From: Eledone cirrhosa
Taxonomy: Eukaryota
Length of the DNA stretch: 64,000 nt
NCBI GenBank assembly: GCA_964016885.1
Contig: OZ024742.1
Location: 200,508,001 to 200,572,000 of the forward strand
Reading direction: 5' to 3'
Below are positions 31,854-48,079 of the stretch, piece by piece. Position 1 is the stretch's first letter; each line of letters starts with the position of its first letter. Position numbers and translations under genes: made by a program. The notes under the pieces are model-generated. The model was not told the DNA's origin, made no database searches, and worked only from the letters and a program-made list of their open reading frames with translations.

Positions 31854-32027
31854 GTTGTTCGTGATTGGGTCTACGTAGCAATGGTGGTTGATAGAATTCT
31901 TCTGTATTTATTTAGCCTTGCAGTAACGATTGGCACAATGGGATGTTTCCTTTCAGCCCCTGCTCATTACGATACAATGATGCCATTAGAACCATCAGAC
32001 TTCGAGAATACTAGTTGTACCTATTAA
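31854..32027 (+). CDS. nAChR alpha subunit, last exon (M4 and C-terminus)
   Basis: ttttcag|GTT; VVRDWVYVAMVVDRILLYLF...SCTY-stop; canonical DWxxVAMVxDR motif. Confidence 0.95.
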   Translation, partial: VVRDWVYVAMVVDRILLYLFSLAVTIGTMGCFLSAPAHYDTMMPLEPSDFENTSCTY

Positions 32028-32514
32028 ACACCCACACATAACACATACGTGTAACACACACAATGCACACACACATATATACATACGTAAAAGTGAAACC
32101 GTACTTCTAACTTCTCTCTATTTCCATTAACAGAAACAAGACAAAGCAACAGAAACGAAAGCTTTGTGTTAGCAAAATGGCGACTACAAATTCTCATTGA
32201 AAACGCTTGATTATTATTTTCCCCCATGTGTCCTTAGCGGGAGTAAAAAAATTCTTGATAAAAAAAAAGAAAAAAGAAAATAACAAATTGAAGTTTTGAG
32301 TTGTATGAAGTTCCAGATATATACACATTGCCGTCAGCTAAATTATTTATTGGCAGCTGTGAAAATTCGGAGCAAAAATCTGTGATTATATTGTTTGTTA
32401 ATGGATTAAAATATCTTATTTCTTTGCGTTATGCTTTAATAGAGTCCGCTTTTAGATGGAGCGTGAGAGTGTATGTATTCATAAGCGAGTGAATGTTAAT
32501 ATATATACATATAT

Positions 32515-33585
32515 GTGTGGACTCAGCATAGCTGAATGGCTAAGAAGTTCGCTTCGCAATCATTAGGTTCCGGGTACAATCCCACTTCGTAGCACCTTGA
32601 ACAAGGATAAATTACCAGAACATCAAGTTGACGTAAGTCTTGTGAATGAAACCGAGTACACAGAAATTGTTTGGAAGCCCTTCCAATGTATTTGTAATTC
32701 AAAGGTCCAGTCTTATACACAATGTCACACTGCATCACCCTGACAATTTGTGCTACGTGACTGTTCCATAGTTTCCAACAATTGGAACATTCATCTTCGA
32801 AACCGATGGAGGTCCAACAATGCTACTTCACCTAATGCTTTGTGGTTCAACTTTGCCTTTATTCATTTCAAATCAGTTAGGAATCTGAGTTCTTCTCTTT
32901 GCAAATCAGACAAACGAGACCTACAAATACTGAATCTGTAGAATGCCGGAGATAAAAATTTAAAATGTTTTTTTCTCATTTTTGCTCTTTAGTCAGGGAA
33001 TAGGTAGAGTATTCGTTGAATAATCATACTGTAAGCGCATAGCTTTGTCGTTAACGGGTTTGGACTGACGGTCATAATATCATGAGTTCGATTCCTTGGC
33101 ATGACGGCGCGTTGTGTTCCTGGTGAAAATACCTTATTTCGCGTTGTTCTTTCTGTCAGCTGCTGCATCTGGTATATAGCAAATAGAACCAACAAAAGAA
33201 ACATTGTTTCCTTGGTGTTATTTGACGATCAACTCCTTTCCTCTAATTTTCCTTTCGTAGAACGCCGGAATATTTACACTGTTAATTAGTTTCGTACTTT
33301 TAATACATGAGTTCAACTCCCGCACCGTTTCTGTTTGTTTGTTCATATGTTCATAGCTATCAAATTGGTTGGACAGAAACTGTGTAGAAGCCCGTTGGAT
33401 TGATTCTATCTGTAATTCAAATGTCCGGCCATGTCAAGTTGTGCCACGGTCTCTCGGCCTGGGAATTAAGGATACAAGTGTCCCTGAAATACTCAACCAC
33501 TTACACCTTAATTCCCAATTTGGACGTCCAGTTGATCGAACAACTAAATGCTCATCGTCGAAATCGATAGAAGATCCAATATCAT
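32515..33585 (+). mobile_element. Degenerate copies of a second tRNA-headed SINE family (others at 10660-11040 -, 41130-41350 +, 47415-47640 -)
   Basis: tRNA-like A/B boxes followed by cttgagcaa..actttatttcacgttgctccag and tgtaattcaaagg..cag modules. Confidence 0.55.
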
Positions 33586-34007
33586 CATCATCTTCATCAT
33601 CAACATTATCATCTATGTAAGCATTATAAACAGATAATTTATGGACGTTTTCTTTTACAAAAATGTACGAAAAATAATAATCAATTTTAAAGAAATACTT
33701 ATAATATTATTTGAAATTTAATATTTTAAAACAAACGTTACTGTGTTATAATTCATTCCGAATTTATTCCAAATCCGAAATATTTTGTTGTCTAGCAAAA
33801 AAAAAAAAAAAAAAAAAAGTAAACTTACGAAATCTTTTTTTAAAATCCCCGAAAACAATTTTAAATGCTATTGCAGTTGCATGTAATTATCTCTTGTTTA
33901 ATTGGTTTTACTTTATTATGCACCTAACTATGTAATTTATCATGTAAATGAAAAAAAAAATGAAAAAGAAAAACATAAAGCAATAGACACAAATATATAA
34001 ATGCATG

Positions 34008-34147
<140 letters not shown>

Positions 34148-34202
34148 TATATATATATACATGCATATATATATTTGTGTCTATTGCTTTATGTTTTTAT
34201 AC

Positions 34203-34625
<423 letters not shown>

Positions 34626-34663
34626 TTGAATATGCATATATAATATGTATATGTAATATGTAA

Positions 34664-34783
<120 letters not shown>

Positions 34784-36084
34784 TTGTATTATATATATAT
34801 GTTTATATTATATAAATAGCACAGCAGCAGTAATATAACAACTATTTTATATAAATTTAAATATAAAATAAAAAATGAAATAAAAAATAAAATAAAAAAA
34901 GAAAAGTACAAAACGTACTGTAATATGCCACACAACAGTCATATAGCAGCTAAGAAACTTTAGTATTTTGTAGGGCCTGCTCTTTGAAAAGTTTTTGTCA
35001 ATATGTTGCGTGTTCTTTTATAAGACGTCCAATTGGCAAATATTCTTCAGAACGTCGGATAGAATGCTTTGCAATATTTTCTCTGTCTTGCTTTGATTTC
35101 GAATCCCGCAGAAGTCTACTTTGCCTTTCATCCTTTCAAGTTTGCTAAACAAACTACCTTTATTGGGGTCTATTTTTCCACACACACACTCTCCCTCTCT
35201 CTGTCTCTCTCTGTCGCTCTTATCTTTCTTTTTCTCTGGAAGAAATCGTGCTAGGTTTACATGTCCAAGAAACATCGTATGTCACGACGGTGCCCCTTCA
35301 TCTCTACCAAGTGTTCAAGTCTCATGAATGGATGGATGCATGTATGCATATATATTATTAGGAAAGTATATAGGAATTATCTATAGTCCACATCCTTCCC
35401 AAATCATTTCAAATGTATCTATTAGTGAAAGCACTAATACAGCTTGATTCTGAATCACGCTATGTTAATGCCATTATTGATTAATACTAACCGGTCATAG
35501 CTGCATTATAGGTCTTCAAGAAGAATAGTTTGCTAACAAAATCTATTAAACGAATTTGTCTTCCATCCCTTGGCACCTGTGTAAGCGAGTGCTGATGAAC
35601 AGTTACCCCAATACCGAAGTAGCTGTGATATGAATACAGCTTCAATACTCACAGCGAGACTAAATATATGTTATATATAAAAGTATTCTATTCTTTAGTA
35701 AGTAGGTAAACAGGTCTTTGTTTACTAAATTCAGCTATGTAGGCCTGACAGACTGAAGGGTTCACAGTCTTGTAGAACTCAAATATTTGAAATCCGTTCG
35801 TAAGGATCCCGATGTCTTCCTTTTCTAAATTAGAACTAGTTGACTGTATCACCCTGAGTAGTCTGCTTAGAGATTGGCCTTGTGTACCACCCTTTATCAT
35901 GTGGTTTCTATATCTAGTGCTAGATAGAGTGTGGCCATATATCAATATAAAAATGAATATTGAAAATATGCGAAGTCATGGTACAATGAATGAGTAGATG
36001 TCATTTTATTTTTAATTAATATTTCTATTTCCATTAGAGTCGGAAATGTCAGGAACATCTTTTCTCTATTTATCCCCGTTTGTG

Positions 36085-36200
36085 AATGACATTGTGACTG
36101 TTTTAGGATCTGGTCCCTCCATCTACCATTGAGGCGTCCTCGATTTCTCTTTCCAGGCATCATACCCTCTAAACAGACTTTAGAGAGGCCGCATGTTGAA
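36085..36200 (-). mobile_element. RTE LINE 3' fragment
   Basis: LEGMMPGKRNRGRLNGRWRDQI. Confidence 0.6.
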
Positions 36201-37305
36201 CATGTTGTGAGGCCAGAGTGGTTAAGAGATTTGCTTTTCATTTCATTTATATTTTTATCTTCTTGTATCGTTTCTTTTAGATGTAATATTTGAAACTCTG
36301 TCAGTTATGTATTTACAAGTAATAAATCTCATGACATAGTTTTGAAATACTTTAGTTTTGAAGTTGGTTTTGCAGACTAGGTTACACAATTTAATTCAAT
36401 GATTTCCAAGCTCCTATTTGTATCCAGGGCACACTTTAGAACAACTAAAAATATTTTGGTGCACGTTGCCACCATATTCGAAAGGTTATTCAAAGAGTTA
36501 TTAAACGAATTTGTTATATATAAAAGTATAAAATAGCGATAGAGATAATTAAGAAAGTAAAAAAACCTAATTTTACTTTCTTTTTTTAATCAATAAATGG
36601 AGCAAACCTATTAATGACAAACATGGACTTGGAAATTTGTGTCAATTTTCATTCTTAGATTAGTTGTTTCCCATTTTGACAGTTATCTATGAACTGCATT
36701 ACGAATTTCATTTAATATTTTTCATATGTTGAAATAGAATCTTGCTATTTCACGGCAAACTTAATTACATCCCGAGGTGCATCACTGCGCCGAGAAGTAC
36801 AGTTTGGAAACCACTAATCTAATTCAAATACCAGTTGACACCACATTACTCTTAATATTTCACGAAATCTCTTTTACATTCGGACCCCACTTCCGGTAAG
36901 ATGTTACCGGAAGTTGTCACGTATTGCTTCTTCATGAAAACCTTTCATTAGAGGTATTCAAGTGATCATTTAAGGATTCCAATATTAACCCTTTTGATAA
37001 GCGGTCTGCAACCGCCCGGGTTCGACGATTGTAAGCTATATATTTCAAAGTGCTTATGTTTATATAAAATCTTTTTATCATAATTTTATATAGGAAAGTT
37101 GGTTAAGTTATGCTCCAAACACCAGATTAATAATGAGAAAGTTATTTTAAATCCTTCCACATTCTTGACTATTTTAAAAATTGTTTTAAATTAATATGCA
37201 GTGTCTTTCATTAGAAATAGGGAAATGAAATAGATAAAAATATCATTCATATGCTAACGAATGCATGTTAACAATTTCCTACTAACAATTTTTTTTTTAT
37301 TATTG

Positions 37306-37355
<50 letters not shown>

Positions 37356-37539
37356 TATTTGAATTTTGATGCTATTTTAATTCTCCTTCCCTGATCACTA
37401 AACAACATATTTCGATTTTTTATATTCTAAAATCCCGTAGTTTAAATGTATGTATCGTATTTTCCAGTGTATATAACGCACTTTTTTTTATTCCATAACA
37501 TTTGATATCAAAATCTGTCTGTGTTCTATATATCTAAGT

Positions 37540-37591
<52 letters not shown>

Positions 37592-37865
37592 TTAAAGTGG
37601 GAGATAAAAAGGATTTGGAACTGCCATGAAGTCAGAATCGTCCCGATTGTCATAGGCGCACTAGGTACTATCTCAAAGAGTTTCCAAGAATGGTTAAAGA
37701 AAATTAGTCCAGCCCCGCTTTTTGGAACACTTCAAAAGGCATGCTTGCTGGGAACAGCAAAAACCCTCCGATACGTCCTGAATATCTGAGGCTGCAGGTA
37801 GCGGCTTGATATTCATTTCAACAAACTTTCCAGTTAAACAACATCAATGACCGAGACTCAAAGAA

Positions 37866-37868
<3 letters not shown>
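37592..37868 (+). mobile_element. R4/Dong LINE 3' end inserted in (TAA)n
   Basis: LKWEIKRIWN..IVPIVIGALGTI..LQKACLLGTAKTLRYVLNI-stop; (TAA)n on both sides. Confidence 0.9.
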
Positions 37869-37938
<70 letters not shown>

Positions 37939-38958
37939 TAGATAGAACAATCTCTACATATACCCCTATAGAATAAGCTCCTACTATTATAAAACAGAAC
38001 TCAGCATAGTTAACCATGAGGTTAACACCCAATGAAATAACACAACTCGCATTACACATACCATACGCAATAGAACAAATAGAAACATAACACAAGAAAC
38101 TCCAAGTTAAATCCCATACCAATGTACACCTGATGCAATATAGTAACAGAAGGAATCTATACTCCCCTGCTCACAAATAACAACTAACAACACACGCTTC
38201 AGAAACACGGAGATGCACCAGGTGATGTAGAAGCAAGAAGCTGTCGAAGAAATAATAGTGATAATTAATATTTATTAATAAGATTAATAATAATGATATT
38301 AATAATGATGATAATAATAAAAAAATAATAATGATAATTCATGTATGTTTATTAGATAAAAAGCTGTACATTAAAAAACCATTCATATTTTAGTTTATAT
38401 CAATAGCAATATTGAAATTCATCTTCTAAAAAAATACCAGAATTATCATTGCTCCTTAATTCACCAAAATAAACATGCATTATGGGTAATTGTCGTGGAT
38501 AAAAAAGATATTTGTAAATATGCAATAATTACAGGTAATAAACGCGGGGAAAAGCATTTGTAAATATTCAGTAATCTCTGTTAAACGCAATATCAGGTTG
38601 AAATTTCTATAAAATGAAAATCATTTAAATACTATAATTACATCACTAACCTCAAACGTTTTTTCTTCAAAATAAAGGTGCGACTTATATACAGAAATTT
38701 AATGTAAATTTATTAAGAATTGTGTATAAAAACCGTTTAGAAACATGGCTAAAATACTCATGAGAATTAAACAACAAAAACAATGGTAGTTTAAATAAAA
38801 TATCATATATAAAAAAGATAAAAAAAGATAATAAAAATATAAAATTCTACAAAAACAAAAAAAAACAATGATCTCGAATACCCCAAAAGTAAATATTTTA
38901 TAAGCTTTCTATAGACTAATTTATGCTAATTTGCTTATCCTCGTGCTTTTGCCTCCCA

Positions 38959-39020
<62 letters not shown>

Positions 39021-39196
39021 CATGAACGGAGAAAGCTAATAGCGATACTTCGACCATTTTCCAACTCACTCAACAAACTTTAGGAAATACCGGAGTATTT
39101 TCCCAAATTCTACGTTTGGGGTACTAACTATATTGTATTATGTGGATAATTGGGTGTATATAGACATATATGTATATATATATATATATGTATATA

Positions 39197-39246
<50 letters not shown>

Positions 39247-39364
39247 AATATATATATATACATATATATATATACAAATATATCTATCTATCTATCTATC
39301 TATCTACCTATCTATCTATCTCTCCCTCTCTCTATACACACACACACACACACACAGACACACA

Positions 39365-39464
<100 letters not shown>

Positions 39465-39921
39465 CATATATATATTTATATATATCCATATTTATTTAGA
39501 TCCACACACACGTATGTTATATATTATATTGCGAAAATTACACTCTCATGCAACTCCGAGTTTCACGAATTTCTGGTGTAGTAACAGAGTGTATTCTCAG
39601 AAATATAAAAAAAATAAATAACATTCATAGTATGCTATATTCCAATTGTTTTAAAAAGGTAATTGTTTAAAGTATCTCTCTTTCCAGCTTGGGTAGCCTA
39701 TGATAGAAAATTTCTATTTCTTGCTGCTATTGTTGGTGGAAGTAATTACCTCCCCTTGCATCATGCACACCTATCGCTAAACCTATAAATGTACCCCATT
39801 TTCTACGCAATACCTTTGGGCCTTCTAATCGAAACTATGCTAGCATTCATAACTGTTTATTCAGTTATGGAACCAAACCAAACCAAACCAAACCAAAGTA
39901 TATGTATATATATATACACAC

Positions 39922-40041
<120 letters not shown>

Positions 40042-40056
40042 AACACCGACACACAA

Positions 40057-40117
<61 letters not shown>

Positions 40118-40359
40118 TCTATGTATGTATATCTATCTATATATATATATATAACATTAAAATGTCGTTACAGATAGATATATGATTCACTCTATACAAA
40201 CTTTTCATTCGCTTGGAAAGCTCGTACGGACCGAATCCTATGACCGTCTATTATAAAGCACATTTATTTGAATATAATACATAATCATGTTGTACACGGC
40301 GTCTAACTTTGTATTGAGTCCTTCAATTGAAAATAGCTTTTAGTTGATGATGATTAGCC

Positions 40360-40408
<49 letters not shown>

Positions 40409-40419
40409 GTGTGTGTATG

Positions 40420-40450
<31 letters not shown>

Positions 40451-40465
40451 ATATGTGTGTGTGTG

Positions 40466-40522
<57 letters not shown>

Positions 40523-40559
40523 GATTATGAGTTCATGCAATTGACTTATGTTTCGTCAC

Positions 40560-40668
<109 letters not shown>

Positions 40669-41073
40669 TATATACGTGTATGTGTGTGTGTGTGTGAGAG
40701 AATGTATGTATGTATGCAGCCCGTTGCAAATGATTATATAAATTTCGATCACTAGAAATAATAATTGAAAACTCGTGTAAAGTTGGCCTGGATTATATAT
40801 TTTTTTCATTTTATATGAAACCGTTCACTGTGCACCATCTCAAGAAGTCATCTAGTAGCAAGGGAGGTTCCAACCATAGCCGCTCTGAGTAAACTCTCGC
40901 ACGACCAACTGAACTCTTCAAACGGTGCATTGTGAAACTTTTGATATAAAATAAAAGAAGGCACTTCCTCTCATGTGCCTCTCATTCATTTATTCCGTCT
41001 CCGGAGTTACTTAGCCTGATTTTCTCAACTATTATTTAGAATGATCGATATCATAATGCCATTTCTGTTGGGA

Positions 41074-41109
<36 letters not shown>

Positions 41110-41404
41110 CATATATATATACATACATATGTGGAGGCACGTGGCTTAGTGGTAAGGGTGTTGGAGTTGAGCAAACACTTGAGCAAAACACTTTATTTCA
41201 CGTTGCTCCAGTATACTCAGCTGAAAATATGTACCAGCAATAGCTGGGGGTCTAACGCTGCGATGGATTGGCCAGGGGGGACTCTCGTACTCTCAGTCGC
41301 TTCACGCCATGAAACCGGGATAAGCACTGGCCAAATGAGCCTTCTGGCTTAAGACAGACCTTAGACTTTTTAGATACATACACACACACAGGCACACACA
41401 CACG

Positions 41405-41444
<40 letters not shown>

Positions 41445-42009
41445 AGTATTTATGTATGTTTATATTTGAATAAACATTTGTTTATGAATATACCTTGTCA
41501 CAAGATTACGGTCTGTTTCGCTCATCCGCGCTCTTCATGGCATGCGCACCCATATACATACATACACAGGGAAACACCTATAAATGCACATACACATACA
41601 TATACACACACATCTATACGTAAGACTTGTTTCATTTGTATTTATTAATGTATTTACGTTATGTGTTTTATAAACAATACTTAATGTTGATTATATATGC
41701 AACAAAGACACGAAATATAAAAAAAAAATGTAAAAAAAAAAAGACTGGCTAATGCTAACAACAATAAAATTGATACTGTTAAACATTGTACGGTGTTTTG
41801 TTTTCTGTCATTGAACGTTGAATTAAAATATTCTTCTTTTAATATTAAATTTGCTGGATTTCATCTGTTAAAGAGCTCTAAGTACCAACTGGTGGTGTTT
41901 AACCAGATGCCGAATTGAGTCCGCAATTTATGTAGGTCACAGCGGGATTTCTACCCAGCACGAACCCCCCCCCCCCCCCCCAAAAAAAAAGCAAAAGCAA
42001 AAATAGAAT

Positions 42010-43950
42010 CGGAACAAACACCTCACAGTGTTTTTACCGACGTCCTAACAATATTGTCAATTCGCCGACCTGGACTAGTATTTTATTTTATCGATTCCAA
42101 AAGAATGAAAATCGTGGCTTGAATCGTGGCAGAATTTGAACTCAGTGTTACAAGCCGCAATAAAAATTGAATTTTTATAAGAATATTTTTTATCGAGTGT
42201 TGTCTCATTATTTGGATTGGCAGTATCGGTAGAGTTACGGCCCTTTACGTTCTGAGTTCAAATCCCGCTGAGTTCAAATCCTGCCTTTCATCCTTACGAG
42301 GTCGATAAAATAAAGCAATAGTAATGTACTGGGATAATTGCTGGCCTTGTGCCAAAAAAAAAATACAATTATTAGTGAAAAAAAAGTGCGTATCAGCATC
42401 ATTTGGGGTAGTTGTTGTTGTATGTTCTCCAGGGGCACTAGGAACGTTAAAAACACCTAGAAGTACGATAACATATTTATCGATACATTTTATGTTATTG
42501 CTTTCTAACTTAGGAGCAAGGACAGCGATTATTGGGGGGGGGGGGGGGGGGGGGGGCAAGGCTGGTTAATTTAAACTCAGTACTTGACTAATACTTTATT
42601 TTATTGACACTGGAAGGAGAAAACACAAAATCGACCTTGGCGGGATTTGAAGTTAGAATGTAAAGAAGCAGAACAAATACAGCAATGGCATTTTATCTGA
42701 CTTTCTACCAATTCTGCCACTCCATCACACTTATTAATAACAATTGTATATAAGAGCAATAATAGGCATTTTGTTCCACTTCCCAACGTCTCTGCCAATT
42801 CACCGCAAAAGTTACTTCCATCGTAAAATTAACCAATTGCTTATCTTGGCTTGGCTGGATTTAGCAATGCCTGGCTTAGTTTGGCTTGCGAAATAAAAGA
42901 AGCCTTAGCATTTTCTAGTACAATCACAATCAAAGCACATCTAAGCACATGAAATTAAATATGTAACAATGCTTGCTGTGAATCAATAGGTTGTTGACGT
43001 TAAAAACTAAAAATCAATGATATGAATAATTAAACTTGCATTAATCCTTCTTATCCTTACTTACAATTCTAATAGTCAGTTATCATACATTATCATAAAT
43101 TATCATAAATTATACTGGTTATAAAACATCAAACGCTCTGTCAGTCGAATATTGAAAACGTATTAAACTAGGTTAAACATTCTTTGTATTTGTGATTGTG
43201 TGGGCGAAGGCCCACAGCAAGAACGTGTGGAAGCGTTCATAGAATAGTTTCAAGTTTGATATTATGGTTTTGTAGGAGAACGGGGTATCACTTGGTTCAT
43301 CCGTCGAAGAGGAGTGCGGTTATCAACGTGAACTGATGAGAATTGCAAGAATTGCAAGTGAGTGAAAATCGACATCTCAAATGCAATCTGGGTCCCGGAA
43401 TACTTTCGCCTCGGTGGCCACGTTCTCATTATTGATGGCAAATTGGTAGAATATATAGAGAGTCAGTTCAAATGCCTCCGTATTTGTTCAAATTTTCGGC
43501 ACTCTGGTTTAAGTCCCACCGAAGTCAACTTTGTCATTCATTCTTTCGAGATAGACAAATAAAGTACCATTCTATGGCGGTGGATGGGCAGAATTTTTAA
43601 AGCTTTGGAGAGCATAATTTGCGATAACTGTTCCGTTTTTTGCAATCTGTTTTCAAATACCGCCCCGCTGTCATCGGGAAAGCAGCGACGCTTCTGCCAA
43701 TAGTTGCGACAGACAATGGAAAGATCAATGAACATATAGTTTCTTAGGTCAATCTGGAAGACCGACATCTTTTATAGAAGAAGAATGGGAGGTACTATTT
43801 TTTTCTGTCGCCTCCGGAATGATGAAGAGCAAAGTTGACCTGGGCAGGACTTGAACTCAGAACGTAAAAAAACACAAAAAATAACAAAAAAAAAAAAAAC
43901 GGTAGAGATACAGCATAACCCTTTGTCTAATGCTCTAATCACTTTGGCAA
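42010..43950. mobile_element. Several Nin-domain SINE copies in both orientations
   Basis: 42010-42160 -, 42217-42352 +, 42505-42720 -, 43435-43570 +, 43790-43950 -. Confidence 0.65.
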
Positions 43951-44275
43951 TCGAACACCAAAACAAAACTATTAATATTTCATAAAGTTTCTTCGCTCCA
44001 TGGATAGAATTCCCGATGTTGTGATCATGACCCCATCTTAACGAATACGTCATGTGTTTTAATACATACACACATTCTTGTGTATATATTGTTGTTATTT
44101 TCTGTCCGAACTTTACATGCTGTCCATGTCGTCTGCTCACACCCGTTTATAAATCGAATTATTTGTTGCCACTCTGAGACTTCGAACCCATTTTGTGTAT
44201 CATTGAATATTGATCTGGTAACTCCGATATATCGACTCGTGTTTCATTTGTACAACTATGACTGCGATAAATGCC

Positions 44276-44321
<46 letters not shown>

Positions 44322-44323
<2 letters not shown>

Positions 44324-44602
44324 GGGAGGAAGAACTCATAAGAATCAACGGCCATCCAAAAGTGTGTAAATATGTATATATACATGTACCGCGCGGTACA
44401 TATTTATATATATATATTTATATATATATATTTATATATATATATGCAACCTGATGCAGGACCTCAAGCCAGGGATATCCATAGTTGTCGTCAGTGTGTG
44501 AAGGAGTGCAAGTCTCTAGCCGGCTTGAAAAGCCATATCCGAGCGTCACACTTCTGAATCTGACAAGCGATTGCAATACTCTTGGCAGAGTTTGCAGCCA
44601 TC
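44322..44602 (+). mobile_element. Bipartite RTE-derived fragments after (TATG)n
   Basis: gaactcataagaatcaacggccatccaaa and CRQCVKECKSLAGLKSHIR terminus. Confidence 0.6.
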
Positions 44603-44607
44603 ATATG

Positions 44608-44700
<93 letters not shown>

Positions 44701-45629
44701 TTATTCTATCGACCTCACCCTCAGTATTCCACTGGTATATATTCACATGTTCTATCGACCCCAAGAAGGAGTAAAAGGCAAGTAACATCTCCCCCGTTTC
44801 TTTTATGCTCAACTTGATAACTCACTGACCTTATCATTGATAAAGCAAAAACGATAAATATAACCAAAGAAGCGGTAAATTTTCATTAGCAAAAATCGAG
44901 TTTTGCGAAGAATGCCTGACTTTCTTCCAATTCTGCCATAACATTTACTTTTCACCCCGTTCCACACCACACTCAATATTTCTTTTCACCGTAAGTTTCG
45001 CTTCCTGCCATTAACAACTTTTCTTTTATGTTCTTCTTATTCTTCTTCCTCTCCTTTAACAGCGCAGTAAAACCATCAACCACCCAACCTCCCAAACCTT
45101 CCGCAAACCCCTACGCCAAGCCAAGCGATGACGACCACGGCGGCTAACAAAACCATAGCCACAACCACCACAAAACCCACCACCAAAACCACCAGCACCA
45201 CCACCACCACCACCGCCGCCACCACCACCACCACAAAGAACAGCAGCAACAATAACAACACCACAACCAACACCAACACCACCACCAACAACAGCAACAC
45301 CACCATCACCACTACAACCCCCACAACCACCACCACCACCACCACCACCACCACCAACAACAACAACACCACCACCAGCAACAACAACAACAACAGCAAC
45401 AACAACAGCACCACCACACCAACACCACCACCGCCGCCACGCAATCATCGACTTTTTCCTTCTCTTTATACTTCGTCAATCCTCTTTTGTCCGACACTCC
45501 AGTTATTTCTTCTTCCCCACCATTTGTCTATTGGAATTTTACGTTATGTTGTGTTATGTTATTAAAACAAGTATAATATATATCATATATATAACATATA
45601 TAACATATATATAATATATATATACATAC

Positions 45630-45712
<83 letters not shown>

Positions 45713-45797
45713 TATATATACATACATATATATATATATATATGTATGTATATATATATATATATACACACATATATATATGTGTGTGTATATATAT

Positions 45798-45896
<99 letters not shown>

Positions 45897-45899
45897 TAT

Positions 45900-45933
<34 letters not shown>

Positions 45934-45981
45934 ATACATATATGCATGTTTATATACATATACACAAACACACATTTTTTT

Positions 45982-46043
<62 letters not shown>

Positions 46044-48079
46044 TTTACATATATGTATATATATGCATACAAATATATATAGACACACATGTATATATAT
46101 AATTGTGTGTATGTATGTATATGTATGCATGTATGTACGTATATATGTATGTATGCATGTATGTATGTATGTATTATATATGTATGTATATATTCATATA
46201 ATCCATAATTGCATGAAGTAAATTGCCTTCTGGCTTAAGAAAAATGTCATCCTGTAATAATGGAGAATATTTTGCTCACTTTTAATAAATGGAAGAAACG
46301 ACCAACTAATCGATCAGTAACTCAAAAGACATGATTGGTCGAAAAAACAAACAAAACAAATAAATAAATACATATATAAATAAACAAATAAATGTATAGA
46401 GAGTTTTTCAAACAATGTAGCGTAAATTTTAAGATGGATATTTATATAAAGATCAATACAAGTAGGGTGATGGAGAAGAGCGAGCAGTTACTATTATTAA
46501 TAAAACCTAAATGAAATATTCCAGTACACCGAAAATAAATTAAACCCTAATTCTTCGTAATTGAAAAGAATTTGTCATTTTTCTCAATTATGGCCACTTA
46601 CATGTATTTATTATCTGATCTTTTCTACATTTCTTATGAAATCATATCAATTATATTCATAAGTTAGTGGGATTTTCTTTTTACATTCTGGGGCACCGTA
46701 TCAACCCTTTCGTTACCATATTTCTAATGATAGTCAAAACCTATGATTTTTAAATCCTTTTGAAAATGACCAAGAATTTTGAGGAATTTAGTAAAACAAC
46801 TAACTTTGTCGTTATTTGTCTTGTGTTTGGAACATAATCTAACAAAATTTCTTACATAAAATTATTATGGAATTCATTTTTATATTAAATTGATTAAAAA
46901 ATAAACAGCTTTGCAGAAGTATTGTACAACCAGGGCCGTATTCAGGCGACTAAGACTCAAACCACTACACGTTTTATTTTGTGTGTGTATAGTTCTAATT
47001 CGGACGGAAAAAACCCTTGGTTTATTTTTCTGCTAAGTTCACCGCATAAAGGAACACAGAAAAGAAAAAAAAAAGAGAACTAAGACTGGAATGTATCTTA
47101 AAACCCCAAATAAATATACCATTTCAATCTAGAGCCCTGTACTTTTATTGTGTCTGCTGTTGCCATTAACCTGGTGCTTCTCACTTGTCCCCTTCTACTT
47201 TCAGCAATATGTAATGGTTACTCAAGTAGATTTTAACTTTGTATCGTAAGAGATTTTCCACTCATATTTCTCGTTTTGCTAAAAACGAATCCCTTATGAT
47301 GAGAACGGACTGGAAACAGGAACAGAGAACAACCTGTATTTTCCTGCCTGCATTAGAAATATTTTATTCTGTTGTTTCCGACGACGAGTGATGTAATTGT
47401 TTGATCAATATAACAATCTGCGAGTGAAATTAACGTGCAAGTAACTGAGCTTTCCATAGACAAGTATACACTGAACGCAATTCTCAGAGAGATTCAGTGA
47501 GGCATAGTGTGTAGCATAGCTGACCTTTGAATTACAGGTACAACTCATTTTCTCCAGTTTAGTGCAATAAATCATCTTACTTAAGAGCACAACTTGCCGT
47601 CGAGAATCGAACTTGTGCGTGAAACATGACTTCCTCCTCAGAAAGCCAGGCGCCTTCATGAATATAAATGTACGCAAGAAAAATAAGTAGTGGTTTGCAG
47701 TGTTTACAATATGGCCCCGGTATGTGTTTCCACACATGTACTCATTAACGTATGAATTCATAATTCATATTTCCGAAACACCAGATAAATGATTATACGG
47801 TTTAATTCGAGAACTCTGGACCTTTCAACTAATAGCGACTTCGATCAATTTAAATGAATTTTCCCAACGGATCCCAAGCATTTGAAAGATCTGTCTAAAA
47901 ATGATAGCAAATTAGTTTTCCTTAATCTGGCTTCCAAATTGAAAGATATAGGTAACTGAATATTGGTTTCTAATTTAAGCACCAGGCCAGCAATTTGTTT
48001 TTGGTGGTGGTGGTGGTGGTAGTGGTGGGGGAAGTTGGGTGGGGTAGTATTATTTAAATCGACTACAGTACTTCACTTC

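Noticed and set aside
25946-32027. Interpretation as a cephalopod chemotactile receptor or anion-selective nAChR
   Set aside because: Retains YxCC loop C, loop A/B/D aromatics and the GEK cation filter
43276-43357. Possible + strand exon (tag|ENGVSLG...|gtgagt)
   Set aside because: No recognisable protein, internal 9-bp duplication, no partner exons
43330-43380. CTGATGA...GAAA on the + strand
   Set aside because: No stem I or stem III pairing
47405-47761. 118-aa minus-strand ORF
   Set aside because: Overlaps a degenerate SINE; no domain signature
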